A DNA stretch of 64,000 bases, from NCBI RefSeq assembly GCF_009914755.1, contig NC_060947.1. One strand, written 5' to 3'. Under the pieces are notes generated by a model. That model did not search any database. It had not been told where the DNA came from and saw only the letters and a program-made list of their open reading frames with translations. Both the position numbers and the translations under genes were made by a program. The stretch is from the human T2T-CHM13v2.0 reference genome, Homo sapiens. Positions 1-15,200 of the stretch are shown in pieces; positions within the stretch are counted from its first letter, which is position 1, and each line of letters opens with the position of its first letter.

Positions 1-246
1 ATAAGTTTTAAATTTCCCCCAAATTATGAAGATATCAGAGTCCCCATATATTTTGTATCCACTTTCCTCTATTGAGCATATCTTAAATTAGTATGATATA
101 TTTGCTATAATTAGTAAATCAGTATTGATATGTCTAACTAAAGTCTACAGTTTATTCAGAATTGCTCTATTTTTATCATATTTTTTTTGTTGTAGAATTT
201 TGTCCGGGGTACCACATTACATATATTCAACATGTCTCTTGGACTC
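1..246 (-). mobile_element. Old L1M-type 3' region fragment (host of the MST insertion; continues briefly after 8815)
   Basis: ...CCACATTACATATATTCAACATGTCTCTTGGACTC | GGCTTCTTTTGTCTGTGACAG... reads across the MST element like an antisense L1M 3'UTR. Confidence 0.5.
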
Positions 247-621
247 TGTATTATTCCATTCTCACATTGCTTTAAAGAAATATCTGAGACTGGGTAATTT
301 ATAAAGAAAACAGATTTCATTGGCTCATGGTTCTGCAGGCTGTACAGGAAGCATGGCTGGGGAGGCCTCAGAAGACTTATAATCATAATGGAAGGCAAAG
401 GGGAAGCAGGAACATTTTACATTGCTAAAGCAAGAGGAAAAGAGAGAGAGTGGAGGTGCTGTACACTTTTAAACAACCAGATCTTGTGATAAAACACTCG
501 ATATCATGAGAACAGGACCTAAGAAGAAATCCACCCCACCACGCATCAGGCCCCACTTCCAACATTGGGGATTACAATTTGACATGAGGTACAAGTGGAG
601 ATGCAGACATAAACCATATAA
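247..621 (-). mobile_element. MST-type MaLR LTR (left LTR)
   Basis: Starts TGTATTATTCCATTCTCACATTGCT..AAAGAAATATCTGAGACTGGGTAATTTATAAAG; similar to the second copy at 8426-8815. Confidence 0.88.
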
Positions 622-1612
622 TTCTGCTCTTGGCCCCTCCAAAATCTCATGTTCTTCTCAAATTGCAAAATACAACCATGACTTTCCAACAGTCTCCCAA
701 AGTCTTAACTCATTTTAGCATTAACTCAAAAGTTCAAAGTCCAAAGTTTCATCTGAGACAAGCACAGTCCCTTCAATCTGTAAGCCTACAAAACCAAAAA
801 CAAGTGAGCTACTTCCAAGATACAATGGGAGTATAGGCATTGAGTAAGTATTCTTTTTCCAGTGACTTTCCTGTTGTGGCAAGGCAGTTATTAAATCTTA
901 AAGCTCCAGAATAATCACTTTTGACTTCATGCCTCATATCCAAGGTACATGATGCAACAGGTAGGCTCCCAAGGCCTTGAGCAGCTCTGCCCCTGTGGCT
1001 CTGCAGGGCTCTGGCCCCACAGCTGCTCTCATGGGTTGGCATTGAGTGCCTGTGGCTTTTTCAGGTGCACTGTGCAAGCTGCCAGTGTAGCTACCATTCT
1101 GGGGACTGAATGACAGTGGCTTTTTTCTCACAGCTCCTTTTGGCAGTGCCCCAGTAGGAACTCTGTGTGGGGGCTCCAACCCCACATTTTTCCTCTGTGC
1201 TGCCCTAGTAGAGATTCTCCATAAGGGATCCACCACTGCAGCAAGCTTCTGCCTGGGCATCTAGGGTTTTCCATATATCCTCTGAAATCTAGAGAGAGAC
1301 TCCCAAACCTCAATTCTTGATGTCTGTGCACTCACAGGCTCAACACCCCATGGAAGCTTGGGTCTTGCACCCTCTGAAGCCATGGCCTAAGCTGTACCTT
1401 GGCCCCTTTTAGCCACTGCTAGAGCTGAAATGGCTGGGATGCAGGACATCATGTCCCTAGGCTAGACAGATCAGTGAGAACCATGGGCTAGGCTCATGAA
1501 ATAATTCTTCTCTCCTAACCCTCTTGGCCTGTGATGTGACGGGCTGCTGCATAGGTCTCTGAAGTGCCTTTGAGGCCTTGTTCCCATTGTCTTAGCTATT
1601 AACAGTTGACTC
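622..1612 (-). mobile_element. MST-int MaLR internal region, part 1 (interrupted by L1)
   Basis: Typical MaLR internal sequence following the LTR; resumes at 7845 after the L1 TSD; homologous to THE1-int at 10394-11310. Confidence 0.85.
1601..1612. repeat. Left target-site duplication AACAGTTGACTC (right copy 7833-7844)
   Basis: Exact 12-bp direct repeat flanking the whole composite L1; pre-insertion site TT|AACA resembles the L1 endonuclease TT/AAAA consensus. Confidence 0.93.
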
Positions 1613-1719
1613 TAACTGGTGTGAGATGATATCTCATAGTGGTTTTGATTTGCATTTCTCTGATGGCCAGTGATGATGAGCATTTTTTCATGTGTTTTTT
1701 GGCTGCATAAATGTCTTCT
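1613..1719 (-). mobile_element. Inverted L1 ORF2 3' fragment (5' cassette part A)
   Basis: 1611-1719 is the reverse complement of 7026-7134 with one mismatch (1686 vs G7059). Confidence 0.93.
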
Positions 1720-1795
1720 ATTCACAATAGCAAAGACTTGGAACCAACCCAAATGTCCAACAATGATAGACTGGATTAAGAAAATGGGGCACATA
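1718..1795 (+). mobile_element. Direct L1 ORF2 3' fragment (5' cassette part B)
   Basis: Identical to 7381-7458 except G1787 vs T7450; shares CT microhomology with part A. Confidence 0.93.
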
Positions 1796-2700
1796 GGGGA
1801 GGAGCCAAGATGGCCGAATAGGAACAGCTCCGGTCTACAGCTCCCAGCGTGAGCGACGCAGAAGACAGGTGATTTCTGCATTTCCATCTGAGGTACCGGG
1901 TTCATCACACTAGGGAGTGCCAGACAGTGGGCGCAGGCCAGTGTGTGTGCGCACCATGCGCGAGCCGAAGCAGGGCGAGGCATTGCCTCACCTGGGAAGC
2001 GCAAGGGGTCAGGGAGTTCCCTTTCCGAGTCAAAGAAAGGGGTGACAGACGCACCTGGAAAATCGGGTCACTCCCACCCGAATATTGCGCTTTTCAGACC
2101 GGCTTAAGAAACGGCGCACCACGAGACTATATCCCACACCTGGCTCAGAGGGTCCTACGCCCACGGAATCTCGCTGATTGCTAGCACAGCAGTCTGAGAT
2201 CAAACTGCAAGGCGGCACCGAGGCTGGGGGAGGGGCGCCCGCCATTGCCCAGGCTTGCTTAGGTAAACAAAGCAGCCGGGAAGCTTAAACTGGGTGGAGC
2301 CCACCACAGCTCAAGGAGGCCTGCCTGCCTCTGTAGGCTCCACCTCTGGGGGCAGGGCACAGACAAACAAAAAGACAGCAGTAACCTCTGCAGACTTAAG
2401 TGTCCCTGTCTGACAGCTTTGAAGAGAGCAGTGGTTCTCCCAGCACGCAGCTGGAGATCTGAGAACGGGCAGACTGCCTCCTCAAGTGGGTCCCTGACCC
2501 CTGACCCCCGAGCAGCCTAACTGGGAGGCACCCCCCAGCAGGGGCACACTGACACCTCACACGGCAGGGTATTCCAACAGACCTGCAGCTGAGGGTCCTG
2601 TCTGTTAGAAGGAAAACTAACAAACAGAAAGGACATCTACACCGAAAACCCATCTGTCCATCACCATCATCAAAGACCAAAAGTAGATAAAACCACAAAG
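1796..2700 (+). promoter_or_regulatory. L1 5'UTR internal sense promoter (YY1 site CAAGATGGCCG near 1806) and antisense promoter; CpG-rich
   Basis: Canonical L1HS 5'UTR sequence with many CpGs retained. Confidence 0.85.
2030..2245 (-). CDS. ORF0: L1 antisense ORF0, 71 aa, open
   Basis: MAGAPPPASVPPCSLISDCCASNQRDSVGVGPSEPG...CHPFL matches the primate L1 ORF0 length and sequence. Confidence 0.85.
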   Translation of the reverse strand: MAGAPPPASVPPCSLISDCCASNQRDSVGVGPSEPGVGYSLVVRRFLSRSEKRNIRVGVTRFSRCVCHPFL

Positions 2701-3717
2701 ATGGGGAAAAAACAGAACAGAAAAACTGGAAACTCTAAAACGCAGAGCGCCTCTCCTCCTCCAAAGGAACGCAGTTCCTCACCAGCAACAGAACAAAGCT
2801 GGATGGAGAATGATTTTGACGAGCTGAGAGAAGAAGGCTTCAGACGATCAAATTACTCTGAGCTACGGGAGGACATTCAAACCAAAGGCAAAGAAGTTGA
2901 AAACTTTGAAAAAAATTTAGAAGAATGTATAACTAGAATAACCAATACAGAGAAGTGCTTAAAGGAGCTGATGGAGCTGAAAACCAAGGCTCGAGAACTA
3001 CGTGAAGAATGCAGAAGCCTCAGGAGCCAATGCGATCAACTGGAAGAAAGGGTATCAGCAATGGAAGATGAAATGAATGAAATGAAGCGAGAAGGGAAGT
3101 TTAGAGAAAAAAGAATAAAAAGAAATGAGCAAAGCCTCCAAGAAATATGGGACTATGTGAAAAGACCAAATCTACATCTGATTGGTGTACCTGAAAGTGA
3201 TGGGGAGAATGGAACCAAGTTGGAAAACACTCTGCAGGATATTATCCAGGAGAACTTCCCCAATCTAGCAAGGCAGGCCAACGTTCAGATTCAGGAAATA
3301 CAGAGAACGCCACAAAGATACTCCTCGTGAAGAGCAACTCCAAGACACATAATTGTCAGATTCACCAAAGTTGAAATGAAGGAAAAAATGTTAAGGGCAG
3401 CCAGAGAGAAAGGTCGGGTTACCCTCAAAGGAAAGCCCATCAGACTAACAGCGGATCTCTCGGCAGAAACCCTACAAGCCAGAAGAGAGTGGGGGCCAAT
3501 ATTCAACATTCTTAAAGAAAAGAATTTTCAACCCAGAATTTCATATCCAGCCAAACTAAGCTTCATAAGTGAAGGAGAAATAAAATACTTTATAGACAAG
3601 CAAATGCTGAGAGATTTTGCCACCACCAGGCCTGCCCTAAAAGAGCTCCTGAAGGAAGCGCTAAACATGGAAAGGAACAACCGGTACCAGCTACTGCAAA
3701 ATCATGCCAAAATGTAA
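2701..3717 (+). pseudogene. L1 ORF1p (338-codon frame) with premature TGA at codon 210 (3328-3330)
   Basis: MGKKQNRKTGNSKTQ... coiled coil/RRM; the same frame resumes to ...QNHAKM*. Confidence 0.95.
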
Positions 3718-3756
3718 AGACCATTGAGACTAGGAAGAAACTGCATCAACTAATGA

Positions 3757-7608
<3,852 letters not shown>

Positions 7609-7844
7609 ACAATGAGATCACATGGACACAGGAAGGGGAATATCACACTCTGGGGACTGTGGTGGGGTCGGGGGAGGGGGGAGGGATAGCATTGGGAGAT
7701 ATACCTAATGCTAGATGACACGTTAGTGGGTGCAGCGCACCAGCATGGCACATGTATACATATGTAACTAACCTGCACAATGTGCACATGTACCCTAAAA
7801 CTTAAATAAAAAAAAAAAAAAAGAAAAAGAAAAACAGTTGACTC

Positions 7845-8425
7845 ATCTTTACTTATGCAAATTTCTGCAGCAGGCTGGAATTCTTCCCTTGAAAATGGGT
7901 TTTTCTTTTCTACTGCATGGCCCGGCTGCAAATTTTTCAAACTCTTAAGATCTGCTTCCTTTTTAAATGTAAGTTCCAGTTTTACATCATTTCTTTGCTC
8001 ATGAATATGAGATTAGGCTGCTAAAAGCAGCCAGGCCAAATCTTGAACTCATTGCTGCATAGAAATGACTTCTACCGCATACCCTAAATCATCACTCTCA
8101 AGTTTCAGAGATCCCTCGGGCAGGGAACCAATATAACCAAGCTATTTGCTAATATATAACAAAAACGACCTTTGCTCCAGTCCCTAGTAACTTCCTTATC
8201 TCCATCTGAGATCTCCTCAGCCTAGACGTCATTGCACACATCACTACCAGCATTTTGGACACAATTTAACAGGTCTCTAGGAAGTTCCAAATGTTCCTTT
8301 ATCTTCCTGTTTTTTTTCTGAGCCTTCAAAACTCTTCCAACCTCTGCTCATTACTGAGTTCTAAAGTTGCTTCCACATTTTCAGATATCTTTATAGCAAT
8401 ACCCCACTCTTAGGTTCCAGTTTTC
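7845..8425 (-). mobile_element. MST-int MaLR internal region, part 2
   Basis: Continues part 1 across the TSD; homologous to THE1-int ~10750-11310. Confidence 0.85.
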
Positions 8426-8815
8426 TGTATTAGTCTATTCTCACATTGCTATAAAGAAATACCTGAGACTGGGTAATTTATAAAGAAGGGATTTAATTGG
8501 CTCATTGTTCTGCAGGCTGTACAGGAACAGGAAGCATGGCTATGGAGCCATTAGGAAACTCACAATCATGGTGAAAGCAAAGGGGATGCATACACATCTT
8601 TCATGGCTGGAGTAGGAGGAAGAGAACAAGGTGGGAGGTGCTACACACTTTTAAACAACCAGATCTTGAAATAACTCATTGACTATCATGAGAACAGCAA
8701 TAAAGGGGAAATCTTCCTCCATGAGTCAATCACCTCTCACCAGTCCTCACATTTAAAATTGGGAATTACAATTTGATGTGAGATTTGGGTGGAGAGAGAG
8801 ACCCAAACAATTACA
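8426..8815 (-). mobile_element. MST-type MaLR LTR (right LTR)
   Basis: TGTATTAGTCTATTCTCACATTGCT...ACCCAAACAATTACA; degraded 5-bp TSD GACTC/GGCTT. Confidence 0.88.
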
Positions 8816-8899
8816 GGCTTCTTTTGTCTGTGACAGAATGTTTCTGCCTCATGCTTCCCTTTCCTTCCTTCTAGGACTTCAATCAACGTACAAAAAGTA

Positions 8900-9900
8900 G
8901 ATCTTTTCTCTATTTTCTGCTTTTTGGTTTTCCCTATATAAGTCTAGCTAATTTTTTTGGATCTGTTTTTTATTTTATTAATTCACTCCTTCTGAGAGTC
9001 TAATATGCTACTCAATCTACTTATTGCATCATTTATTTAATGTATTTTGTTTTTAAATTATAAAATTTTATTTAGTTTATATTTACAGTTTTCAGTTTTA
9101 TGTCAAAAAAGCAATCTTGTCTTCTAATTGTTTGTTCCATTATTCATAATTTAAAAAATTCCAAGCGAAAAAAATCCTCTATTATTTAAATAACTTATGG
9201 GGTTTTTTCATATGTCTGTAATATTCTTTAGCTTTTGGTGACTTGCTGTAACTACTTATATGCCTGGTAATTTTCATTGTGTATCATAAATTATGTTTCA
9301 AAAATTATAGAGTTATTTGAAGATGTTGAATGATATTATCTCTGTCCCTAGGAATATTACACATTAGATTTAGAAGTATATTTTGACAGGAGACTAGCTA
9401 CAGAAAGTAGTAATCCCTTACCAATAACCCCATCAGGGTTGTTGTCATTCAAAGATAAAGTTTAGTCTCTGTGAAATCTGGTCTAGTTCTACTTCTCTTT
9501 TCCCTTAAATTATACTCCCTCAGAGTCTTCAGTCAGATGAGGATGGTTTGACTAAGGTGATTCCTCCTTGGAAAGCCCTGGTCTTTAACATTGATGACCT
9601 GGCATGTCAGTGGGTTTATTGAAACCAATGCTCAACTTAACCATTAAGCTTAACTTTCAGAATCTGCAAATGCCTCTGGGAAAATGTTACCCCAAATTCT
9701 AAGTTCATATCTGTGGGCTTTCCTTCTCTTTCATCTGTATCATAAACAATAACTCACTAAAACATGTATCATGGTTGAACAGTAACTCACTGAAATGTCA
9801 TGCACTAGTTATTTCACATGGATTTTTAAATTATTTTTTATCCATTTTAGTTCTCAATAAGAGTGTTGGCCCACAACATTCAGCTTACCATTCCAAGAGG
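8900..9900 (-). mobile_element. Highly decayed old L1M-like fragment
   Basis: T-rich, with weak resemblance to an antisense L1 5'/ORF1 region. Confidence 0.3.
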
Positions 9901-10393
9901 CAGACCACAGTGCTTCACTCGAACAAAATAGAGTCAGCTCAAGATTATTATAAAATTATGCCATTCATACTCACAATTTAACATTTTGACTGAAGTAAAA
10001 AAAAAGGTAGAGTTTGGAGACTAGAGATGGAATTGAGTATATGTTGGAGTAAGCCCTACGGGAGTGTAAAATTATGTACATGACCTCTTTCTTGTGTATA
10101 AGAGAAGAAAAAATTGTTGAAACCATTTACTGTGAAACATGTAGTGTAGCTTCATTTTGAATTATTCTGTCAGTCTCCAAATCTTATAAGCCATTACATT
10201 TTATCTCTGAATATTTGCCTTATTTTTTGCAGCAGAAATATAACAGTTTTTTCCTATATCATATATTACAAAACTTATTTGTTTGAAAATTTTATGAATG
10301 TTTAATATCATCATCATCATCATTATCAAAACTTGTATTAAACATTAACTACATATTGGGCTCTCCTTATGGCCTCATTTATTTTGCTTGGGA

Positions 10394-11310
10394 ATCCAGG
10401 CATTTCCATACATCTTCTGAAATCTAGGCAGAGGTTCTGAAACCTCAATTCTTTATTTCTGTGTACCCATAGGCTCAACACCACATGGAAGCTGCCAAGG
10501 CTTGGGACTTCTACCCTCTGAAGCCATAGCTAGAGCTCTATATTGGCCCCTTTCAGCCACATCTGGAGTGTCTGGGACACTGGGCACCAAGTCCCTAGGC
10601 TGCACACAGTACAGAGACCTTGGGCCCAGCCCACCAAACCACTTTTCCCTCCTGGGCCTCTGGGCCTGTGATGGGAGGGGTTTCCATGAAGGTCTCTGAC
10701 ATGGCCTGGAAACACTTTCCCCATGGTCTTGGGGATTACCATTAGGCTCCTTGCTACTTATACAAATTTCTGCAGCCAGCTTGGATTTCTCCTCAAAACA
10801 TGGTTTTTGTTTTTGTTTTTGTTTTTCTACTGCATTGTCAGGCTGCAAATTTTCTGAACTTTTATGCTCTGTTTCCCTTTTAAAATGGAATGCTTTTAAT
10901 AGCACCCAGGGCACCTTTTGAATCCTCTGCTGCTTAGAAATTTCTTCCACCAGATACCCTAAATCATCTCTCTCAAGTTCAAAGTTCCACAAATCTCTAG
11001 GGCAGGGGAAAAATGCCACCAGTCTCTTTGCTAAAATACAACAAGTGTCACCTTTGCTCCAGCCCTCAATAAATTCCTCGTCTCCATCTGAGAACACCTC
11101 AGCCTAGACAATATTGTTCATATCACTATCAAAATTTTTGTTCAAGCCATTCAACAAGTCTCTGGGAGGTTCCAAACTTTCCCACATTTTCCTGTCTTCT
11201 TCTGAGCCCTCCAAATTGTTCCAACCTCTGCCTATTACCAAGTTACAAAGTCTCTTCCACATTTACGGGTATCTTTTCAGCAATGCCCCATTCTACTGGT
11301 ATCAATTTAC
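10394..11310 (-). mobile_element. THE1-int MaLR internal fragment (includes 214-codon remnant ORF 10453-11097)
   Basis: ...DEEFIEGWSKGDTCCILAKRLVAFFPCPRDLWNFELERDDLGYLVEEISKQQ is the typical THE1/MST internal ORF. Confidence 0.88.
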
Positions 11311-11557
11311 TGTATTAGTCCATTTTCATGCTGCTGGTAAAGATATACCTGAGACTGGGAAGAAAAAGAGGTCTAATTGGGCTTGCAGTTCCACATGGCT
11401 GGGGAGGCCTCAGAATCATGGTGGGAGGTGAAAGGCACTTCTTACATGGCAGCAGCAAGAGAAAAATGAGAAAAAGGCAAAAACGGAAATCCCTGATGTA
11501 CCTGTCAGTTTTTGTGAGACATATTCACTATCATGAGAATAGCACAGGAAAGACTGG
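11311..11557 (-). mobile_element. THE1 LTR (partial, truncated by L1 sequence)
   Basis: TGTATTAGTCCATTTTCATGCTGCTGGTAAAGATATACCTGAGACTGGGAAGAAAAAGAGG. Confidence 0.85.
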
Positions 11558-12270
11558 GAGGAACGGAGCTGCTTCTGTTGCACAAAAGTGTCCCTGCGAC
11601 ATTAGCCCAGTGACCAGGGAGCTGCCATCTGACCCCCATTGGAGCTGCCACTTGCATCCGCATATAGGGAGCCAGAATGTAGACTTGCTGGGTCCCATCC
11701 GGCTCTGCCCCTCCACCTGCCTTAGTAGCAGAACACAGGAAGGGACTTTGGGAGTTCCATAGCCCCACCCATCGCCTGGGACATGACCACTTCCCCTGGG
11801 TAATATAAGACAAAGATAAATCCCACAGCCATCACCATAGCTGGCTCTCTCTTGCAAGCACCACTTTCTTCCCAGAGGTCAGATGGCACAGCCTATTATA
11901 ATATATGCTGGCGCAATAATACAGCACTCAGGAAAAACAAACAATCAAACAAACAAAAAAACTTGTGCTATCTCAAGTAACACCATTGCCCACACCACAA
12001 TGGTTACTTAGGAGGTATTGAGCCTGTTCATATGCCAAATACATTGCTATTACAGCTGTCAATTGAGAAAGCCACCACACTAAGGCCATTTACAACCAAG
12101 AAAATCTTAGAGCCTTTGTCAATCCCTTGCCACCACCGTCAGAACTGGTACTTGCACCAGCTGTTGGGAGACCACAGGGCTGGTCAGTCTGGGCCAGCTA
12201 CATCTGAAATTGTCCCTTCTAGAGCTAAGAGTGGAGCCCAAGCCACTGAACATTTCGCAGACAACTTCAA
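11558..12270 (+). mobile_element. Older L1 5'UTR fragment
   Basis: GC-richer L1P/L1M 5' type sequence; 12060-12120 resembles 13690-13760 of the next L1's UTR. Confidence 0.45.
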
Positions 12271-12279
12271 AACTTGAGG

Positions 12280-15200
12280 CATCAGAGAGCTTCTTCAGAG
12301 GGCTGACTAGAGATGTTGGTGACCAATTCTTCTCAGAAGGAAGAACCCAAATTACAAGTGAATAATCATAGCAAATGGAGTGTTAAGGAGAGAATGCTGG
12401 AGCCTATCAGAGTTCACTGGAAGAATCTATGACACACACATAAAAAGAAAAAAAAAAGATGGCAGAGATCAAACACTAAGATTCTTAGTATTCCATGAAA
12501 AGGATAAGTAGGAGAGCTTCTGGCTTCTCTAGCCCCTGTAGAATACTGCCAGTATTTGAACTCAAGGAGAGCTTCTTTGCATTGAAGTGAGCTGAGATTT
12601 GGGGACTTCTCAAGTTAATTACACTGGCCTACAAGCTTGTGCAGTTTTCCCCTGGACACCAACCATAGTAGTAAGCACCATACTGGGTGCACACTCATTG
12701 TGAGGATTATATTCTTCTCAGAGACCTTCAACTCTTTGGTCTTCACATCACCAGATTCCTTACAGATATTCCTCAGCACTAGGGTAGACTGGCAGCCCCT
12801 CATGGTGACTAGACCCATAGGAACAGCAGAATTCACAGTGGTCTAGCCTTCAGAGTTTGCCACTTCTAGGGGAAGGAAGAGTGAAACATACCAAGAAGGC
12901 ATATAGTGGGATAAAAGGAACCAGAGTGTAGGCTTTTCTCTGTCCCAGAACTTCCCACTTGTTTGAATTTTCCTTGAGCAAATGCATGCGCACAGTGCTG
13001 GGCTCAGTGGAAGACTGCAGTTCTACCCCAGCAGTCAAGCAGCTCTGATGCTTGTGAAGGGACTTGGATAAGATAACTTCTCCCTATTACCCACCCATTG
13101 TAGACACATCTGGGACTATTTTTGTAGATCAGCATGGGTACACCTATAAGCTGCATTTCTGGAGAACTTTGGAATGAGTGCATCCCCATGATAAGTGTTC
13201 CCTCTGGGCTCAGACTTACATGGGTATTAAATCTCCATTCTTTACACACAAAATGTCAGTGTTCCTGCAGATAAACAGAGATGCCTGTCCGATCTGAATA
13301 TTCAAAAACAGCAGGACAGGTGTATGATGGGGATAAGAATCATTTTCCTGCAGGCCTGGTAGTGAAGGTTGAGATGGTTCCCTTTATTTCCCCTGTGAAG
13401 ACCTCAGTGCATTTCACTGGGATTTCCCTCAGCTACACCTGTCAAGTCTAAGAATTTCATCCACCACTGTAGTATTGCACATACATAACTGTTTCAGCCA
13501 CAATCATTTCTTACCAATGAATATTTCCTACTGATCTGAAGGCTGAACTGACCAACCTAGTGAGAAAAACAATACTGGAAAATATTCACATCACTAGGAA
13601 ACAAGATAAGCTTCATGAGACCTCTGACATCCTGTCCCTACAGGAGATAGTGAACCTTCTTACACACCGGCTATATCACTACTACTAGCAACATTTGACA
13701 AAGCCATCATACAAAAATTACAACCAAGGAACTCATACAGAGTTTTTGCCACTGAAAGCATCCAGAGTCAAAGCTAGATGACTATAAACTGTATATATTA
13801 AAGTCAGATCTTCAAGGAGGTAAAAAATAAATAAATTCAAAAATAATAAGAAATGCTCTACCCAGATGAGAAGGAACCAGAAAACTAATTCTGACCATAT
13901 GAAAAAACAGTTTTACAACACCCCAAAAAGATTACACTAACTGTCCAGCAATAGATCCAAACAAAGAATGAAATCTTTGAAATACCAGATAAAGAATTCA
14001 AAAGGTTAATTAGAAAGTTATTCAATGAGATTCCAAAGAAAGTTGAACACCAACATACAGAAATATAAAAAATAATTCAGGATATGAATAACAAATGTCC
14101 TTAAAAGATAGATTTTAAAAAACAAACAGACAAAACTTCTAGAAATAAAAGATTCATATAGGGAATTAAAACATGCAGAGTAAGGTTTTAAAAACAGAAT
14201 AGACAAAGCAGAAGAAAACAATTATAGAGCTTGAGGACAAGGCTTTCAAAGTAATACAATCAAATAAGATAAAGAATAAAGAATTATGAAATAAAGTATT
14301 AGACAAAGATGGGATTATGTAAAATATCCAACCCTAAGAATCACAGGTGTTCCTGAGGAAGAAAAAAAGAAAACAGTTTGAAAACCCTGTTTGAGGAAAC
14401 AATTGTTAAAAACTTCCCTGGTCTTGCTAGAAATTTAAACATCTGGGTACAAAAAACTCAAGGAATTTCTGGGAGACTCATGGCCAAAAGATGTCACCAA
14501 GGCCTATATTAATCAAGCAATCTAATGTCAATGTGATAAGATAATTCTAAGGGTAATGAGACAAAAGCATTAAGTCACTTATAAAGGAAAACCTATCAGA
14601 CTAGCAGCAGACTTAGTAGACTCTTAGAAGCTAGAAGGGATTGGCATACTATCTTTAGTCTCCTCAAACAGAATAACTGTCACCCAATAATTTTTTGTCA
14701 CACAAAACTAAGTTTCATAAATGAAGAAGATAAAAAGTATTTTCCAGTTAAGCAAATTCTGAGGGAACTTTTTACCACTAGACCAGCCATATAAGTAATG
14801 CTCAAAGGAGTTCTAAACATTAAATGATAGGTCAATATTCACCAGCATAAAAAATACTTGAAAGTATAAAACTCACATGGCTTATAAAACAATAACACAA
14901 TAGAAAAACGAAACAACTAGATAACAACATGACGATTGGAACAGTACATCACATATCAGTAAAAAATTTGTAAGTAGTCTAAATGCTCCCACTTAGAGAT
15001 AAATATTGGCTGAATGGATTAAATGTCACAAAGTAAATATCTGCTGTCTTCAAGAAAGTCACTTAACTTGTAAAAATTCTTAGACCCTTAAGGTAAAGAA
15101 AAAGAAAAAAAATTTCCACAAACGGAAGGCCAAAACAAGCAGGAGTGGCTATTTTTATACCAGATAAAACAGACTGTAAACCAACGACAGTGAAAAAAGA

